Shown here in pieces: positions 39,607 to 50,997 of a DNA stretch of 64,000 nt. The notes beneath the pieces were generated by a model. That model was not told where the DNA came from and did no database searches. It saw nothing but the letters and a program-made list of their open reading frames with translations. Numbering within the stretch: the stretch's first letter is position 1; every line of letters begins with the position of its first letter. The position numbers and the translations under genes were made by a program. The stretch comes from Nitrospirota bacterium (GTDB taxonomy: Bacteria > Nitrospirota > UBA9217), in assembly GCA_963751455.1 (NCBI GenBank), contig CAVVUN010000015.1:800001-864000 (forward strand). Direction: 5' to 3'.

Positions 39607-40395
39607 ATGAATAATTCAGAATTCAAAACTCAAAGCGCAACGGATTACCATTGTCATCTGCTGCCCGGCATAGACGACGGCCCTTCCACCATGGACGAGT
39701 CGGTAGAGCTGGCAAGGGCTTTCCGTGGGGCAGGCTATACCACGGTTTTTTGCACGCCGCATCTGGTTAAGGGCAGCTTCGACATCGACAACGCAACGGT
39801 AGGGACGGTCCGGGCCGCGCTCCAGGCCGAACTCACACGACGACAGATAGACCTGCGGCTCCTTCCGGGACGGGAATACTATCTTGACGAATTTCTCATG
39901 GAATACCTGCAAGATCCCCAGCCGCTCGGAAATTCAAGGTTTCTCCTGATCGAGGTGCCCGACTATGCGCCGGCGGAGTTCGTCAAGGATGCCTGCTACC
40001 GGATCAAATGCAGCGGCTACGTGCCCATGATCGCGCATCCTGAGCGGTGTGTTCTCTTTGCCTTGCCGAAGCAGAAACAGGAAAGCGTATTAGGCAAGGC
40101 TCTGAGGACGATATTTACCGGGGGCGGGAAAAATAACTTTAAAACCCGGGCCTTGAACGCCGGAGGCGCGACTAATGAACTGCTGGATTATTTGAGGGAC
40201 ATCGGCTGCGCTTTTCAGGGGAATCTGGGGAGTTTTTTCGGAATGTACGGCGAGCGGGTGCGGAAAGCCGCCGACGGCCTGCAGGAAATTCAGCTCTATA
40301 CGCATTTCGGCACCGATGTTCACGCACTTGAAAACCTGCGGCATCTGCTTCATATCAGGACGCGGGTTCATCAAAATCTGAACGCTCTCTATTGA
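39607..40395 (+). CDS. CpsB/CapC-family PHP tyrosine phosphatase
   Basis: DYHCHLLPGIDDG, TPH, IAHPER, GTDVH. Confidence 0.92.
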   Translation: MNNSEFKTQSATDYHCHLLPGIDDGPSTMDESVELARAFRGAGYTTVFCTPHLVKGSFDIDNATVGTVRAALQAELTRRQIDLRLLPGREYYLDEFLMEYLQDPQPLGNSRFLLIEVPDYAPAEFVKDACYRIKCSGYVPMIAHPERCVLFALPKQKQESVLGKALRTIFTGGGKNNFKTRALNAGGATNELLDYLRDIGCAFQGNLGSFFGMYGERVRKAADGLQEIQLYTHFGTDVHALENLRHLLHIRTRVHQNLNALY

Positions 40396-40406
40396 ACCAA
40401 GTCATT

Positions 40407-42203
40407 ATGTGCGGAATAGTTTCCATATTTGCCTACAACAGCGGCGCTCCTTCGGTCGACCGGGACGAGTTGCTTCGCATGCGCGACAGGATGATCACGC
40501 GCGGTCCGGACGGGTGCGGCGAATGGTACTCGGCCGACAAACGCGTCGGCCTGGGGCACCGCCGCCTGGCCGTCATCGATCCGTCTGCGGCCGGCGCACA
40601 GCCGATGGCTGATACGGACGGCAATTCAGTCATCACCTTCAACGGCGAGATCTACAATTACCGGGAACTGCGCGATCGCCTGGAAAAGAAAGGCCGACGC
40701 TTCCGCTCGAGAAGCGATACCGAGGTCCTGCTCCAGCTCTACGCCGACAAGGGCGCGGAGATGGTGCATGAACTGCGCGGCATGTACGCCTTTGCAATCT
40801 GGGACGAACGGAAGAAGGGGCTGTTCCTTGCCCGCGATCCTTTCGGCATCAAGCCCCTTTATTACGCGGACAACGGCCGGACCTTTCGCTCCGCTTCCCA
40901 GGTAAAGGCGCTTCTTGCCGGAGGACGTATAGATACGGCGCCGGAACCCGCCGGTCACGCGGGGTTCTTTCTCTGGGGGCATGTGCCGGAGCCGTACACT
41001 CTCTACAGGGGGATCAGGTCTCTTCCCGCCGGGACATCGCTCTGGATTGATAACGAGGGAAAGAAGCGTTTCAGCAACTTTTGCAGCATCAGCAGGGAAT
41101 TGGCGGAAGCCGGCAAACACCCGCTTTCGCCGGGACCTCCGGAGATGCGGGAGCGCATACGCACGGCGCTCCTCGACAGCGTCCGTCATCACCTGATCGC
41201 CGACGTGCCGGTCGGCGTTTTCCTTTCTTCAGGCCTCGACTCCACAACCCTGGCGGCGCTGACCGCGGAGGTGGCGACGGGGGAGCTGCACACCGTCACC
41301 CTCGGCTTTAAGGAATACCGGGGAACGGAGAACGACGAGGTCCCGCTGGCCGAGCAGGTTGCGAGACATTACGGCGCCGTACACCGGACCATCTGGGTGG
41401 AGCGGCGGGATTTCCATGATGAGCTCGGCCGGATGCTGGAGGCCATGGACCAGCCGACCACCGACGGGATCAACAGCTACTTCGTGAGCAAGGCGGCCGC
41501 GGCCGCCGGCCTGAAAGTCGTCATCTCCGGCCTGGGAGGGGACGAGCTGTTCGGCAGCTACCCGAGCTTCAGCCAGGTGCCCCGCATGGCCGGCATGCTC
41601 GGTCCTGCCGGCGCTTTACCGGCCGTGGGGCGGGCGTTCCGCGCCGTCTTCGCGCCGCTTTTGAAACACGTTACCTCTCCTAAATACGCGGGGCTGCTGG
41701 AATACGGCGGCAGCTACGGCGGGGCTTATCTTCTGCGGCGCGGCATGTTCATGCCGTGGGAACTGCCGGGACTGCTCGATGGGGAAATGGCGCGGGAAGG
41801 GTGGCGGGAGCTGCAGACCCTGCTCCGGCTGGAACAGACCGTGCAGGGAATCGGGAGCGCTCATTTGAAGGTCTCGGCCCTGGAGATGGAATGGTACATG
41901 CGCAGCCAGCTTCTTCGCGATACCGACTGGGCGAGCATGGCCCACTCCGTAGAGATCAGGACGCCGCTTATTGACATTGAAATTTTACGAACACTTGCGC
42001 CCCTGTTCCGCGGTCCAGGCGCTCCTGTTAAGGGCGAGATGGCGTTTACCCCGCGGAAACCGCTTCCCAACGCGATCCTCAGCCGGGGGAAAACCGGCTT
42101 TGTCGTGCCGGTAAAGGAATGGCTGCCGGGAGACGGGGGCGCGGGAAAGCTGCGGGGGCTGCGGGGGTGGGCAATGAAGGTGTATGAGGAATTGAACCGG
42201 TGA
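40407..42203 (+). CDS. asnB: Asparagine synthase-like glutamine amidotransferase (polysaccharide amidation)
   Basis: MCGI N-terminal Cys, RGPDG, FNGEIYN, LSSGLDS, SGLGGDELF. Confidence 0.9.
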   Translation: MCGIVSIFAYNSGAPSVDRDELLRMRDRMITRGPDGCGEWYSADKRVGLGHRRLAVIDPSAAGAQPMADTDGNSVITFNGEIYNYRELRDRLEKKGRRFRSRSDTEVLLQLYADKGAEMVHELRGMYAFAIWDERKKGLFLARDPFGIKPLYYADNGRTFRSASQVKALLAGGRIDTAPEPAGHAGFFLWGHVPEPYTLYRGIRSLPAGTSLWIDNEGKKRFSNFCSISRELAEAGKHPLSPGPPEMRERIRTALLDSVRHHLIADVPVGVFLSSGLDSTTLAALTAEVATGELHTVTLGFKEYRGTENDEVPLAEQVARHYGAVHRTIWVERRDFHDELGRMLEAMDQPTTDGINSYFVSKAAAAAGLKVVISGLGGDELFGSYPSFSQVPRMAGMLGPAGALPAVGRAFRAVFAPLLKHVTSPKYAGLLEYGGSYGGAYLLRRGMFMPWELPGLLDGEMAREGWRELQTLLRLEQTVQGIGSAHLKVSALEMEWYMRSQLLRDTDWASMAHSVEIRTPLIDIEILRTLAPLFRGPGAPVKGEMAFTPRKPLPNAILSRGKTGFVVPVKEWLPGDGGAGKLRGLRGWAMKVYEELNR

Positions 42204-43174
42204 AACGGGCCCTTATTTGCGGCATCTCGGGCCAGGACGGGGCCTATCTCGCGCTGTTGCTGCTGACCAGGGGGTATGAAGTCTTCGGCACGTCCCGGGA
42301 CGCCCAGATGTCGTCGTTCCAGAACCTCCGTGCCCTGGGGATTCGAGGGAACGTCCGGCTTGAATCCATGGCTCCGAACGATTTCCGGAGCGTATTGCAG
42401 GTCCTGACGAAGGTCCGGCCGGACGAAGTATACAACCTCGCGGGACAGAGCTCGGTCGGTCTTTCGTTCCAGCAGCCGGTGGAAACCCTGGAGAGCATCA
42501 GCGTCGGCACGCTGAACCTGCTGGAGGCGATCAGGTTTTCCGGACAGCCGGTCAAATTATACAATGCCGGCTCCAGTGAATCTTTCGGCAATACCGACGG
42601 CGCCCGCGCCGCCGAAACCACTCCCTTCCACCCCCGCAGTCCCTACGGCGTGGCAAAGGCCGCGGCGTTCTGGGAGATCGCCAACTACCGCGAGGCTTAC
42701 GGCCTGTTCGCCTGTTCCGGCATTCTCTTCAATCATGAATCGCCGCTTCGCCCGGAAAGGTTCGTGACCAGGAAGATCATCGCGGCGGCCTGCCGCATCG
42801 CGGCCGGGAGCCGGGAAAAGCTTCGCCTGGGGAATATCTCCATCCAGCGCGACTGGGGGTGGGCCCCGGAATACGTGGAAGCCATGTGGCGCATGCTGCA
42901 GCAGGACCAGGCGGATGATTTTGTCATCGCAACCGGTGAAACACATAGTCTTGAGGATTTCGTGGATGCCGCGTTCAGCCAGGCCGGTCTTTTCTGGCAG
43001 GACCATGTGGAAATCGACCCGGAGCTGCTCCGGCCGGCGGATCTTGAAATCGGCAGGGCCGATCCCGCGAAGGCAATGAAGGTACTGGGCTGGCAAGCTC
43101 ACTACAGAATGCGGGATGTGGTCAGGATGATGATCGAACATGAGCAGGCCGGGGCCGCAAGGAAGCGTGATTGA
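42200..43174 (+). CDS. gmd: GDP-mannose 4,6-dehydratase
   Basis: GISGQDGAYL, YNLAGQSSV, PRSPYGVAK, FNHESP, RDWGWA. Confidence 0.92.
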   Translation: MKRALICGISGQDGAYLALLLLTRGYEVFGTSRDAQMSSFQNLRALGIRGNVRLESMAPNDFRSVLQVLTKVRPDEVYNLAGQSSVGLSFQQPVETLESISVGTLNLLEAIRFSGQPVKLYNAGSSESFGNTDGARAAETTPFHPRSPYGVAKAAAFWEIANYREAYGLFACSGILFNHESPLRPERFVTRKIIAAACRIAAGSREKLRLGNISIQRDWGWAPEYVEAMWRMLQQDQADDFVIATGETHSLEDFVDAAFSQAGLFWQDHVEIDPELLRPADLEIGRADPAKAMKVLGWQAHYRMRDVVRMMIEHEQAGAARKRD

Positions 43175-44328
43175 GGATACCGGCATTGCTCAATCGAATG
43201 ACCAGGGTGGAGGGGCCGCATCGGTGTTCTCTCCAGGCAAAAAGTTACAAAGAAACGTATCAGCGCAAGCGCCAACCGTGCTTATTTACAGAATCGGCCA
43301 GCTAGGCGACACGCTTGTTGCCATGCCCGCCATCCACGCCATCAGGCAGAATTATCCTCGTCACCGTCTGGCGCTGCTGACTGACCGGCATACCGGCAGC
43401 AACGGCTATGTCTCGTCATGGGACGTGCTCTGTCCTACCGGCTGGTTTGACGAGGTATTGTTTTATACGCCGGCTGAAGGTTTTGCGGCTTCTCTGGAAA
43501 ATATGCTTACCTTGGCGGGTAAATTGCGGGAACTGGCCCCTGAATACGTATTTGATCTTTCACCGGAACGGACTGCCTGGCAGGCCGGTAGGGACCGGTT
43601 TTTCTTCCGACGCATGGTTGGAGTTCCCTACTACCGGGGGTATGGGGCTTTTAAAAAGACCGGCAGGGGACCAGACGGAAATTTGCAGCACCGCGAGCCG
43701 GAATGGCGGCGGCTGCTTGCAGTGGCGGGAGGAGAAATTAATTCTGCTTTTTGTCTCCCTGTCCCGGACGGAGAAAAAAAGCCGGTACAAGATATTTTCA
43801 AGGCGGAAGGAATATCTGCCGAAAAAAAATTATTGGCATTGGGGCCGGGGTCGAAGATGCCGGCCAAAAGATGGCCAAAGGAGCAGCTTTGCCGAGCTTG
43901 GCCGACTGCTCCTCCGCGCTTTTCCCGACATGGAACTGCTCGTCCTTGGAGGAAAAGAGGACAAGGAATTAGGGGACGAACTTTGCCGGGAATGGAGAGA
44001 AGGAGCCCACAATCTCGCGGGGCGGCTTTCCATCTATGGCTCCGCCGCTGCTTTGGGAGCCTGCGCAGCCTATGTTGGAAACGATACGGGTACTATGCAC
44101 CTGGCCGCGATGGCCGGTACGCCCTGCATTGCTCTCTTCAGCGCCAGAGATTATCCCGGCAAATGGAATCCCTATGGCGACAAGCACATGATTCTGCGAT
44201 ATGAGATACCATGCGCCGGATGTATGTCGGAGGAGTGTACTGAATATCGTAATGAATGTTTAAAACAAATAGGGGTCAACAGGGTATTTGAGGCTGTTGA
44301 AGCGGTTTTATTCGGCTCAAAAAACTGA
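43167..44328 (+). CDS. Glycosyltransferase family 9 (heptosyltransferase-like); frameshift near 43885
   Basis: IGQLGDTL, PGSKMPAKRWP, GNDTGTMHLAA. Confidence 0.88.
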
Positions 44329-44339
44329 CTTAAGATTAA

Positions 44340-44556
44340 CCTGACCCGGACAAGCCGGAACTAAGATTGTTATACCACAGGCGGCTTCGCCGCACACAGA
44401 TAAACACAGATGAGAGTCTGAAAAAGGCACCGGGTCAAAAACAACTTAAAGTTCATCAGACTTTCTTCGCCCGATTGGAGAGCACATATTTCGATTTAAG
44501 ATTTTGAATCACCCGTGTTTATCTGCGTTCACCTGTGGTTAAATGCTTTTTCCAGG
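44340..44556. mobile_element. 217-bp element with non-identical CCTG ends and 5-bp direct repeat ATTAA
   Basis: Left CCTGACCCGGACAAGCCGGAAC, right TGCTTTTTCCAGG; ATTAA at 44335-44339 and 44557-44561; internal CACAGAT-unit palindrome. Confidence 0.7.
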
Positions 44557-44585
44557 ATTAACGATCTTGCCCCTGTTAAAGTATA

Positions 44586-45842
44586 TTGTTGAATAAAGAA
44601 CGTTTGAAATACTGGTCGTTCCTGCTGAGCAAATTTTTGGCCGGGCAGGCCGTTGTCCAGGCGCTGAATCTTATTACGGGGTTCCTGGTTCTGAGGTTCC
44701 TGCCGATCGGCGAATACGCGTTATATACCATTTCCAGCGTATTGTCGGCGGTAAGCGGTGTCGGATCGGACATGGGCGTTTCGCAGGGGATAGTGACCTT
44801 TGGTTCAAGGCTCAAGGATGACAAACGCCGGTTAAGCGGTTTATTTGCCGCTGCGCTGCGATATCGCAGGTGGCTCTATGCGGCGACAGGGCTGGTTGTT
44901 ATCGGCTTGGCGCCTTTTATGACGAAGGGGAATAACTGGCCCGCGCTCAGTATCATCACGAGTGTTTTGTTCGTATTGATAACAAGCTGGATCCAGCAGA
45001 CGGTTTCATTAAAAAATTCAATTCTGAATATATTTCATGATTCAACGGGCCTTATGCAGGCCGGGATGGGCAGCGCCGTAGTGAGGCTCGCGCTAACCGT
45101 GCTCTGGTGCAGAACTGCCCCTACCGCCGTCGTTGCACTGGCCGTTAATCTGGCGGGTTTCACGGCCGGCAGCATGCTGCTGAAAAAACGCTGCAGGCTT
45201 TATGTGAATGACGCTGCGCCGCCGAGCGCGGACCAGGGGCGTGTTCTTAAAGAATTTGTTTACCCCCTGGCGCCGGGCGTTATTTATTATCTGCTCCAGG
45301 GACAGATTTCCACCGCAATTCTGGGTTTCGTCGGGCATACGTCCTCGGTAGCCGAGGTCGGAGCCCTGGGTCGTTTGGGACAGGTTTTCGGACTGTTCAT
45401 GACGGTAAATACATTTTTTGTACAGCCTTATTTTGCCCGGATCGAAAACAGAAGAGCATATGTTGAAAAAGGCCTGCTCGTTCTTTCGGGCATCGGCGCG
45501 CTCTCGCTCCTGACCATGATCAGTGCTTTTGTTCTGCCGGAATGGTGGCTGTTCATACTCGGCGCCAAGTACGCCGGTTTGAAAAAGGAGCTGCCCTTCG
45601 CGGTTCTTGTGCCCTTGTTTCTCCTGCTGAGCGGAACTCTTTACACGATGGTTATCGCCAGGAAATCAACAGTGGGGCAGTCATGGATGATTGCGTCCGG
45701 GATCCTGATTCAGCTCTTGTTCATCGGGATGAACGGGATCAGGACGACCTTCGACGCGTTGATACTAAATGTCCTGCTTGCCGGAGGCGGTGCGCTCGTA
45801 CAGGCTTTTTTGCTCGCGAAAGGCATCTATTCATGGCGATGA
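44586..45842 (+). CDS. Putative Wzx-type flippase
   Basis: Roughly 11-12 hydrophobic segments, LRFLPIGEYALY pattern, EPS cluster context. Confidence 0.75.
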   Translation: MLNKERLKYWSFLLSKFLAGQAVVQALNLITGFLVLRFLPIGEYALYTISSVLSAVSGVGSDMGVSQGIVTFGSRLKDDKRRLSGLFAAALRYRRWLYAATGLVVIGLAPFMTKGNNWPALSIITSVLFVLITSWIQQTVSLKNSILNIFHDSTGLMQAGMGSAVVRLALTVLWCRTAPTAVVALAVNLAGFTAGSMLLKKRCRLYVNDAAPPSADQGRVLKEFVYPLAPGVIYYLLQGQISTAILGFVGHTSSVAEVGALGRLGQVFGLFMTVNTFFVQPYFARIENRRAYVEKGLLVLSGIGALSLLTMISAFVLPEWWLFILGAKYAGLKKELPFAVLVPLFLLLSGTLYTMVIARKSTVGQSWMIASGILIQLLFIGMNGIRTTFDALILNVLLAGGGALVQAFLLAKGIYSWR

Positions 45843-46591
45843 TACTGCTGAATTATTTGAAAGCGGCAAAAAAAGCGTTCTGGAATAATATCCCGGATAA
45901 ATATTACCTGCCGTTACTTTATCATGCCGGTTCCGGTGCGAAAAAAATAATACGGAAGGAAATAAGTATTCTCATGGAATTAGTAAAAGCCAGGAATGTC
46001 GCCGTCGATATCGGCGCGAATATCGGCCTCTACAGCTATCCTTTGTCGAAAGCGTTCAGAAAGGTGGTCGCATTCGAACCGGTTCCTCATTGCGCTGCAA
46101 TATTGAAAAATTACGGCGCGGCCAATATAGAAGTTCATAACGTCGGGCTGTCGTCATTCGATGGATTCCTGGAGCTTCATATACCGGTTCATAACGGAGT
46201 GGAAATATACGGTTGCGCGAGCTTTTCCAATATCTCCGGGAAAGGCGAAAAAATCATAACAAGCCCGGTAACAACACTGGATCGCTGCCTGTTGACCGGC
46301 GTCTCACTTATGAAAATCGATGCGGAAGGCCACGAGCTTGAAGTACTTAAGGGCGCCGATGTGACGATAAAAAGAGAGAAGCCGGTTATCCTGATCGAAA
46401 TAGAACAGAGACATCTTGACTTCCCCATGGAAATAATTTTTAACCGTTTGCGCAGTTATGGTTACAAGGGATATTTCATAAGCGGGAATGCGTTATTGCC
46501 GTTATCCGAATTTTCAGTGAACATTCATCAGCGGCAACAGGATTTGAATTCGGGAGGCGCGTATGTTTGCAACTTCATATTCAAAATGTAG
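45839..46591 (+). CDS. FkbM-family methyltransferase
   Basis: DIGANIG, AFEP, MKIDAEGHELEVLKG; ATG overlaps the upstream stop. Confidence 0.92.
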   Translation: MILLNYLKAAKKAFWNNIPDKYYLPLLYHAGSGAKKIIRKEISILMELVKARNVAVDIGANIGLYSYPLSKAFRKVVAFEPVPHCAAILKNYGAANIEVHNVGLSSFDGFLELHIPVHNGVEIYGCASFSNISGKGEKIITSPVTTLDRCLLTGVSLMKIDAEGHELEVLKGADVTIKREKPVILIEIEQRHLDFPMEIIFNRLRSYGYKGYFISGNALLPLSEFSVNIHQRQQDLNSGGAYVCNFIFKM

Positions 46592-46624
46592 CCTGAATCC
46601 ATTATTTGAAAGGAACGGTTTGGA

Positions 46625-47219
46625 ATGGAACGAACAGAATTATTCAGGAAGTCTATATTCCATTTGCTTGGATTCCGCGGCGTCATTGCTCAACACGGCG
46701 AGTTAGAAGCGGAATTGCTGAAAAAATATGCTTCAGGCAAAAAATCCATAATGGAGATAGGTGTTGCCGAGGGAGGCTCCGCACTTGTTTTGAGGCGTGC
46801 TATGGCCCAGGCCGGCACTCTTTATCTGGTTGATCCCTACCCGTCAGGACGCATTTTCGGGCTGAATTTTGCAGCTCGTTGCACATCGTTATGTTAACAA
46901 TAATAATAACGGCAATATACTGTGGCTTAAGGACTATAGCTGCTCGATTTCGAAACATTGGGATGTACTGATCGATTTTTTATTCATTGATGGAGATCAT
47001 TCCTATGAAGGTTGTTTGAAAGATTGGAATGCATGGAGCCCGTTCATAGAAAGAGATGGAATTATCGCTTTTCATGATGCCAGGCTTTTTTCGAATGGAT
47101 GGACAAGGCCCGACTGGGGGCCTGTCAGAGTCGTCAATGATTTGTTCCGCTCCAATCGAAATTCTGAATGGCAAATTATCGACGAGATAGATTCTCTCGT
47201 AATTGTCAAAAGGCGGTGA
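46625..47219 (+). CDS. Class I SAM methyltransferase (Methyltransf_24-like); frameshift near 46875
   Basis: EIGVAEGGS...VDPY; FIDGDHSYEG...AFHD. Confidence 0.85.
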
Positions 47220-47970
47220 GGAATGTTTCGGCTATTCTGAGCACGGCACGTCAAAGAACGCTTATGAAAAATGGCATGAGAAAGTCCATGGTGAGGAGAA
47301 CCCGGCGGAAATCCACCTTTGTGACTGGCATAGAAATGCCTTAAGCTTATCGCCGGATTTAACGGGGCTGAAGATATTGGAAGTCGGCTGCGGTGTTGGA
47401 GATTTTGCAATTCATTTGGCAAAACAAAAAGCGGAAGTTACAGCCGTAGATTTTTCTTCGAAGGCCATCGAATGGGCAAGAGAAAAAGCAAGGGTCCATA
47501 ACAAACGGGTTGCGTTCCAGGCGGGCGACGCTGAAGCGCTGCCTTTCAGAGATAATTTTTTTGATCTCTTGTTTTCCTGTGAATGCCTGGAGCATGTTCC
47601 CTCGCCTCGGAGAGCCCTTGCGGAGTTCTACAGGGTATTAAAACCTTCCGGCAAACTGATACTTACGACCGAAAATTATTCGAATGCCATGGTGCTGGCA
47701 TGGATAATGAGCAGGCTGCGAAAGGAGCCTTTTAACAGCGGCGCCGGGGTACAGCCGATCGAGCATTTTTTTTTGTATTGGCGAATAAATAAAATGCTCA
47801 CCTCGAACGGCTTCAAGGTAAGGCGTATGAGAGGATCACATCATGTTTTTTTGTTGCTCCCGGGGTTTGATCCTTCCGCTTTTACAAAAGAAAGGTTTGA
47901 GCATCCTCTGCTTGCAAAATTTTTTCGATCGGCAGCCAGGCATATGGCATTTGAAGCCGTTAAAAAATAG
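47203..47970 (+). CDS. Class I SAM methyltransferase
   Basis: ILEVGCGVG, GDAEALPF, LEHV...RVLKPSG; start codon uncertain. Confidence 0.88.
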   Translation: MSKGGEECFGYSEHGTSKNAYEKWHEKVHGEENPAEIHLCDWHRNALSLSPDLTGLKILEVGCGVGDFAIHLAKQKAEVTAVDFSSKAIEWAREKARVHNKRVAFQAGDAEALPFRDNFFDLLFSCECLEHVPSPRRALAEFYRVLKPSGKLILTTENYSNAMVLAWIMSRLRKEPFNSGAGVQPIEHFFLYWRINKMLTSNGFKVRRMRGSHHVFLLLPGFDPSAFTKERFEHPLLAKFFRSAARHMAFEAVKK

Positions 47971-47981
47971 GGACTGAGGAG

Positions 47982-48812
47982 GTGAAAAACGTGGAAAAGA
48001 TCCTCGTAAATGCGATCAGGAGATACGTCCGCAAACACCACTTTGATGTGGTGCAATATCCGCGTCCCTTTCCTCCTGATATCGCACAGGAGGATATCGA
48101 AACGTTCACGAGCGTAAACGATTATACGGAAACATCTCTGGAGCGGGTATCCGCCCTCTGCAACGCCGTCAAGTACGTAGTGGCTCATAACATCCCGGGC
48201 GATATCGTGGAGTGCGGCGTCTGGAAAGGGGGCAGTATGATGGCCGTTGCGCGGACATTGCTGACCCTCAACGTTTGCGACCGGAACCTTTATCTTTTTG
48301 ACACCTTCGAAGGAATGACGAGACCGACGGGAAAGGATATTTCCTATGGCGGTGAACGAGCCATTGAGAGCTGGGCGGCGCAGAGACGGGAAGATGAATC
48401 CTCAAGCTGGTGCCATTGCTCCCTGGAGGACGTGAAACAAGCGATGTACGGCGTTGGTTATGACAACGCAAGGATCTTTTTCGTAAAGGGAAAAGTTGAA
48501 GCGACGATTCCGGCACGGGCACCGGATAAAATTTCCCTGCTCAGGCTTGACACGGACTGGTATGAATCCACGAAACATGAGCTGGTGCACCTGTTCCCCG
48601 CCTCTCCCCGGGCGGCGCCATCATAATAGATGATTACGGTCACTGGGAGGGGGCGCGCCTGGCCGTTGACGAATATTTGAGGGAAAACAAGTCAGGCTTT
48701 CCTCAATAGAATCGATTATACGGGAAGGATAGGAGTAAAGGAGCGGCCTTCGACAGGATTTTCGGAACGTGAGGATTTTGCGGGCGAATCCGGGAAAAAC
48801 GCACAGCCCTGA
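47982..48812 (+). CDS. TylF/MycF-family O-methyltransferase; frameshifts ~48600-48700
   Basis: PGDIVECGVWKGGS, FDTFEGM, LRLDTDWYEST; IIDDYGHWEG and RIDYTG in shifted frames. Confidence 0.9.
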
Positions 48813-48962
48813 AACGGCAGTTGATACGCAGATTTCACAGATTTGTAACTACTTTGTTGCGTCTGTGCTCAGCGGCAAACCTGAGTGGTTCCTAGAAACA
48901 ACCGTTGCTTCCACGGCTGCGTCAGAGGTACGGCATTCGAACAACCTTCTCAGGAGAGGAAT

Positions 48963-49760
48963 GTGGAATCTAAAAGATTGGCCGAGACCCTGACCGGAAT
49001 CGCAAAAGAATACCCCGCGGACCTGGCGGATGCTCAGCTTCGCGACATACCGAGGATCGCGTTCCATATCAGTCTGACCATGATGGCCGTTGGGGACAGG
49101 CCGCACAGAGAGTTAACGATCTGTGATCTTGGGGGAGGCATCGGGCTTTATTCCGTCGGGTGCGCCGCTTTGGGGTTCAAACGCGTCGTCCTGATTGATG
49201 ATTTCCAGGATCCCGTTAACCGCGCTGTCGGGGATTCGATATTTTCTCTTCATAGAAAATACGGTGTTGAAGTTATCTCAACCGATGTGATTCAGCAGGG
49301 AATGCAAGATATTGTTGAAGGTGATTTCGACGTCATTACCACCTTCGACAGTATGGAGCATTGGCACCATTCTCCAAAAAAACTATTCCAGGACGCAGTC
49401 GCGAAGCTCAGGCACGGCGGCGTATTTATTCTCGGAGCGCCGAACTGCGTCAACATGAGAAAGAGAATTGCAGCGCCGCTGGGAAAGGGCGGATGGAGTG
49501 ATATGCAGGATTGGTATGAAGAAGCGGTGTTTCGCGGTCATGTCCGGGAACCGAATATTTACGATCTTAAATATATCGCCGCCGACATGAGGCTTGCCGA
49601 TACCCAGGTGTTCGGCAGAAATTGGATGGGGCTCCGGTCCGCGAACCCGGTGATTCGATCCGCTGCCGTTGCCTTTGACCATCTTTTAAGACTGAGACCA
49701 TCGCTGTGTTCGGATATCTATATGATAGGCAGGAAACCGCGGATTAACTGCCGTTTATAG
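48963..49760 (+). CDS. Class I SAM methyltransferase
   Basis: DLGGGIG, FDVITTFDSMEHWHHSP, GHVREP. Confidence 0.85.
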   Translation: MESKRLAETLTGIAKEYPADLADAQLRDIPRIAFHISLTMMAVGDRPHRELTICDLGGGIGLYSVGCAALGFKRVVLIDDFQDPVNRAVGDSIFSLHRKYGVEVISTDVIQQGMQDIVEGDFDVITTFDSMEHWHHSPKKLFQDAVAKLRHGGVFILGAPNCVNMRKRIAAPLGKGGWSDMQDWYEEAVFRGHVREPNIYDLKYIAADMRLADTQVFGRNWMGLRSANPVIRSAAVAFDHLLRLRPSLCSDIYMIGRKPRINCRL

Positions 49761-49764
49761 GTTT

Positions 49765-50856
49765 ATGGGAAAACTTATCGTACATGTTGCCCAGGTAGAG
49801 ATATCCGAAGAATCCGGAATGGGCCGGGTTGCATGGCACTGGAAGAAAGAGTTCGAAAAGCGGGGGTATGATTTTTTCCATATAGGCCCTTCACAGGCGG
49901 GCCCTCTGTATCATAACAGTTTATTCCCTTACGCGGCTTTGAAAACATATGTTCGCCTTGGACTACAGGCATCCCTGTTTCTGGTCCACGAGCCTGCATC
50001 CGGCGTTTTTGTCGATCGGAAGATTCCCGTTGTTGTCTTCAGCCATGGGTTGGAACGGAGAGGATGGCAGCTTGCATTGAAATGGAAGAAAAAAACGGAG
50101 CAAGTTATTCGTTTCCGCACACGATTGCTCAATTCACTATGGAGAACGCGTCAATGCGATCTCGGACTGAAAAGGGCCGACTCGGTTTTGTTAATAAACG
50201 AGGAAGACCGCATTTTTGCCCGGGAATATTACGGCCTGAGCCCTGATCGCATCCATGTTTTCAGAAATGGAGTTTATCCTTCGCCCCTGGACGAGAACGT
50301 TCAGCCCGGGAATCCGACGACAGTTCTTTTTGTCGGCACCTGGATAGAGAGAAAGGGGACCAAGGTGCTTGTTGAAGCGGCCGATCGCTTGCATAAGAGC
50401 GGGCTGCGTGTGAATTGGCTGCTGGCGGGGACCGGTGCGTCCCGTGAGAAAGTCCTTAGTACATGGCCGCATGAGCTCTATCCTTATGTTGAAGTAATTC
50501 CGCAGTTTCCAAGAACAATGGAAGACAGCCTCTTTGCACGCTCTCGTATCGTCGTCATGCCCAGTTTCTTTGAGGGACAACCCCTGGCGCTGCTGCAGGC
50601 CATGGAATCGGGACGCTGCTGCATTGCTTCGAACTGCTGCGGCCAGCGGGACATGATTCAGCATGGATATAACGGCTTGCTTCACGAACCGGGCGATGAA
50701 CGGCAACTGGCTTTGTTAATAGGGGAATGCGCTCAGAATATGGATTTAAGAACCGATCTGGGGAGGCATGCCAAGCTCTCCATGAAAAATCGCATGTGGG
50801 AACAGGTGTCCGGAGAAGCGGTGATTCAAGTTGAAAAAATTACGGGACGGAGTTGA
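49765..50856 (+). CDS. Glycosyltransferase family 4
   Basis: FVGTWIERKG, PSFFEGQPLALLQAM. Confidence 0.9.
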   Translation: MGKLIVHVAQVEISEESGMGRVAWHWKKEFEKRGYDFFHIGPSQAGPLYHNSLFPYAALKTYVRLGLQASLFLVHEPASGVFVDRKIPVVVFSHGLERRGWQLALKWKKKTEQVIRFRTRLLNSLWRTRQCDLGLKRADSVLLINEEDRIFAREYYGLSPDRIHVFRNGVYPSPLDENVQPGNPTTVLFVGTWIERKGTKVLVEAADRLHKSGLRVNWLLAGTGASREKVLSTWPHELYPYVEVIPQFPRTMEDSLFARSRIVVMPSFFEGQPLALLQAMESGRCCIASNCCGQRDMIQHGYNGLLHEPGDERQLALLIGECAQNMDLRTDLGRHAKLSMKNRMWEQVSGEAVIQVEKITGRS

Positions 50857-50997
50857 CGCGTTCGTAAAAAGACAAGATTTGCCACAGGAGTACAGAGTTA
50901 AGACCTATTACTACAGCAAACCTTTTTAGTAACAACCCGAGTCGCTGAATAACCACACTCTCCTTCGGTCCCTTCGCTGATATATTTACTCCCGGTT

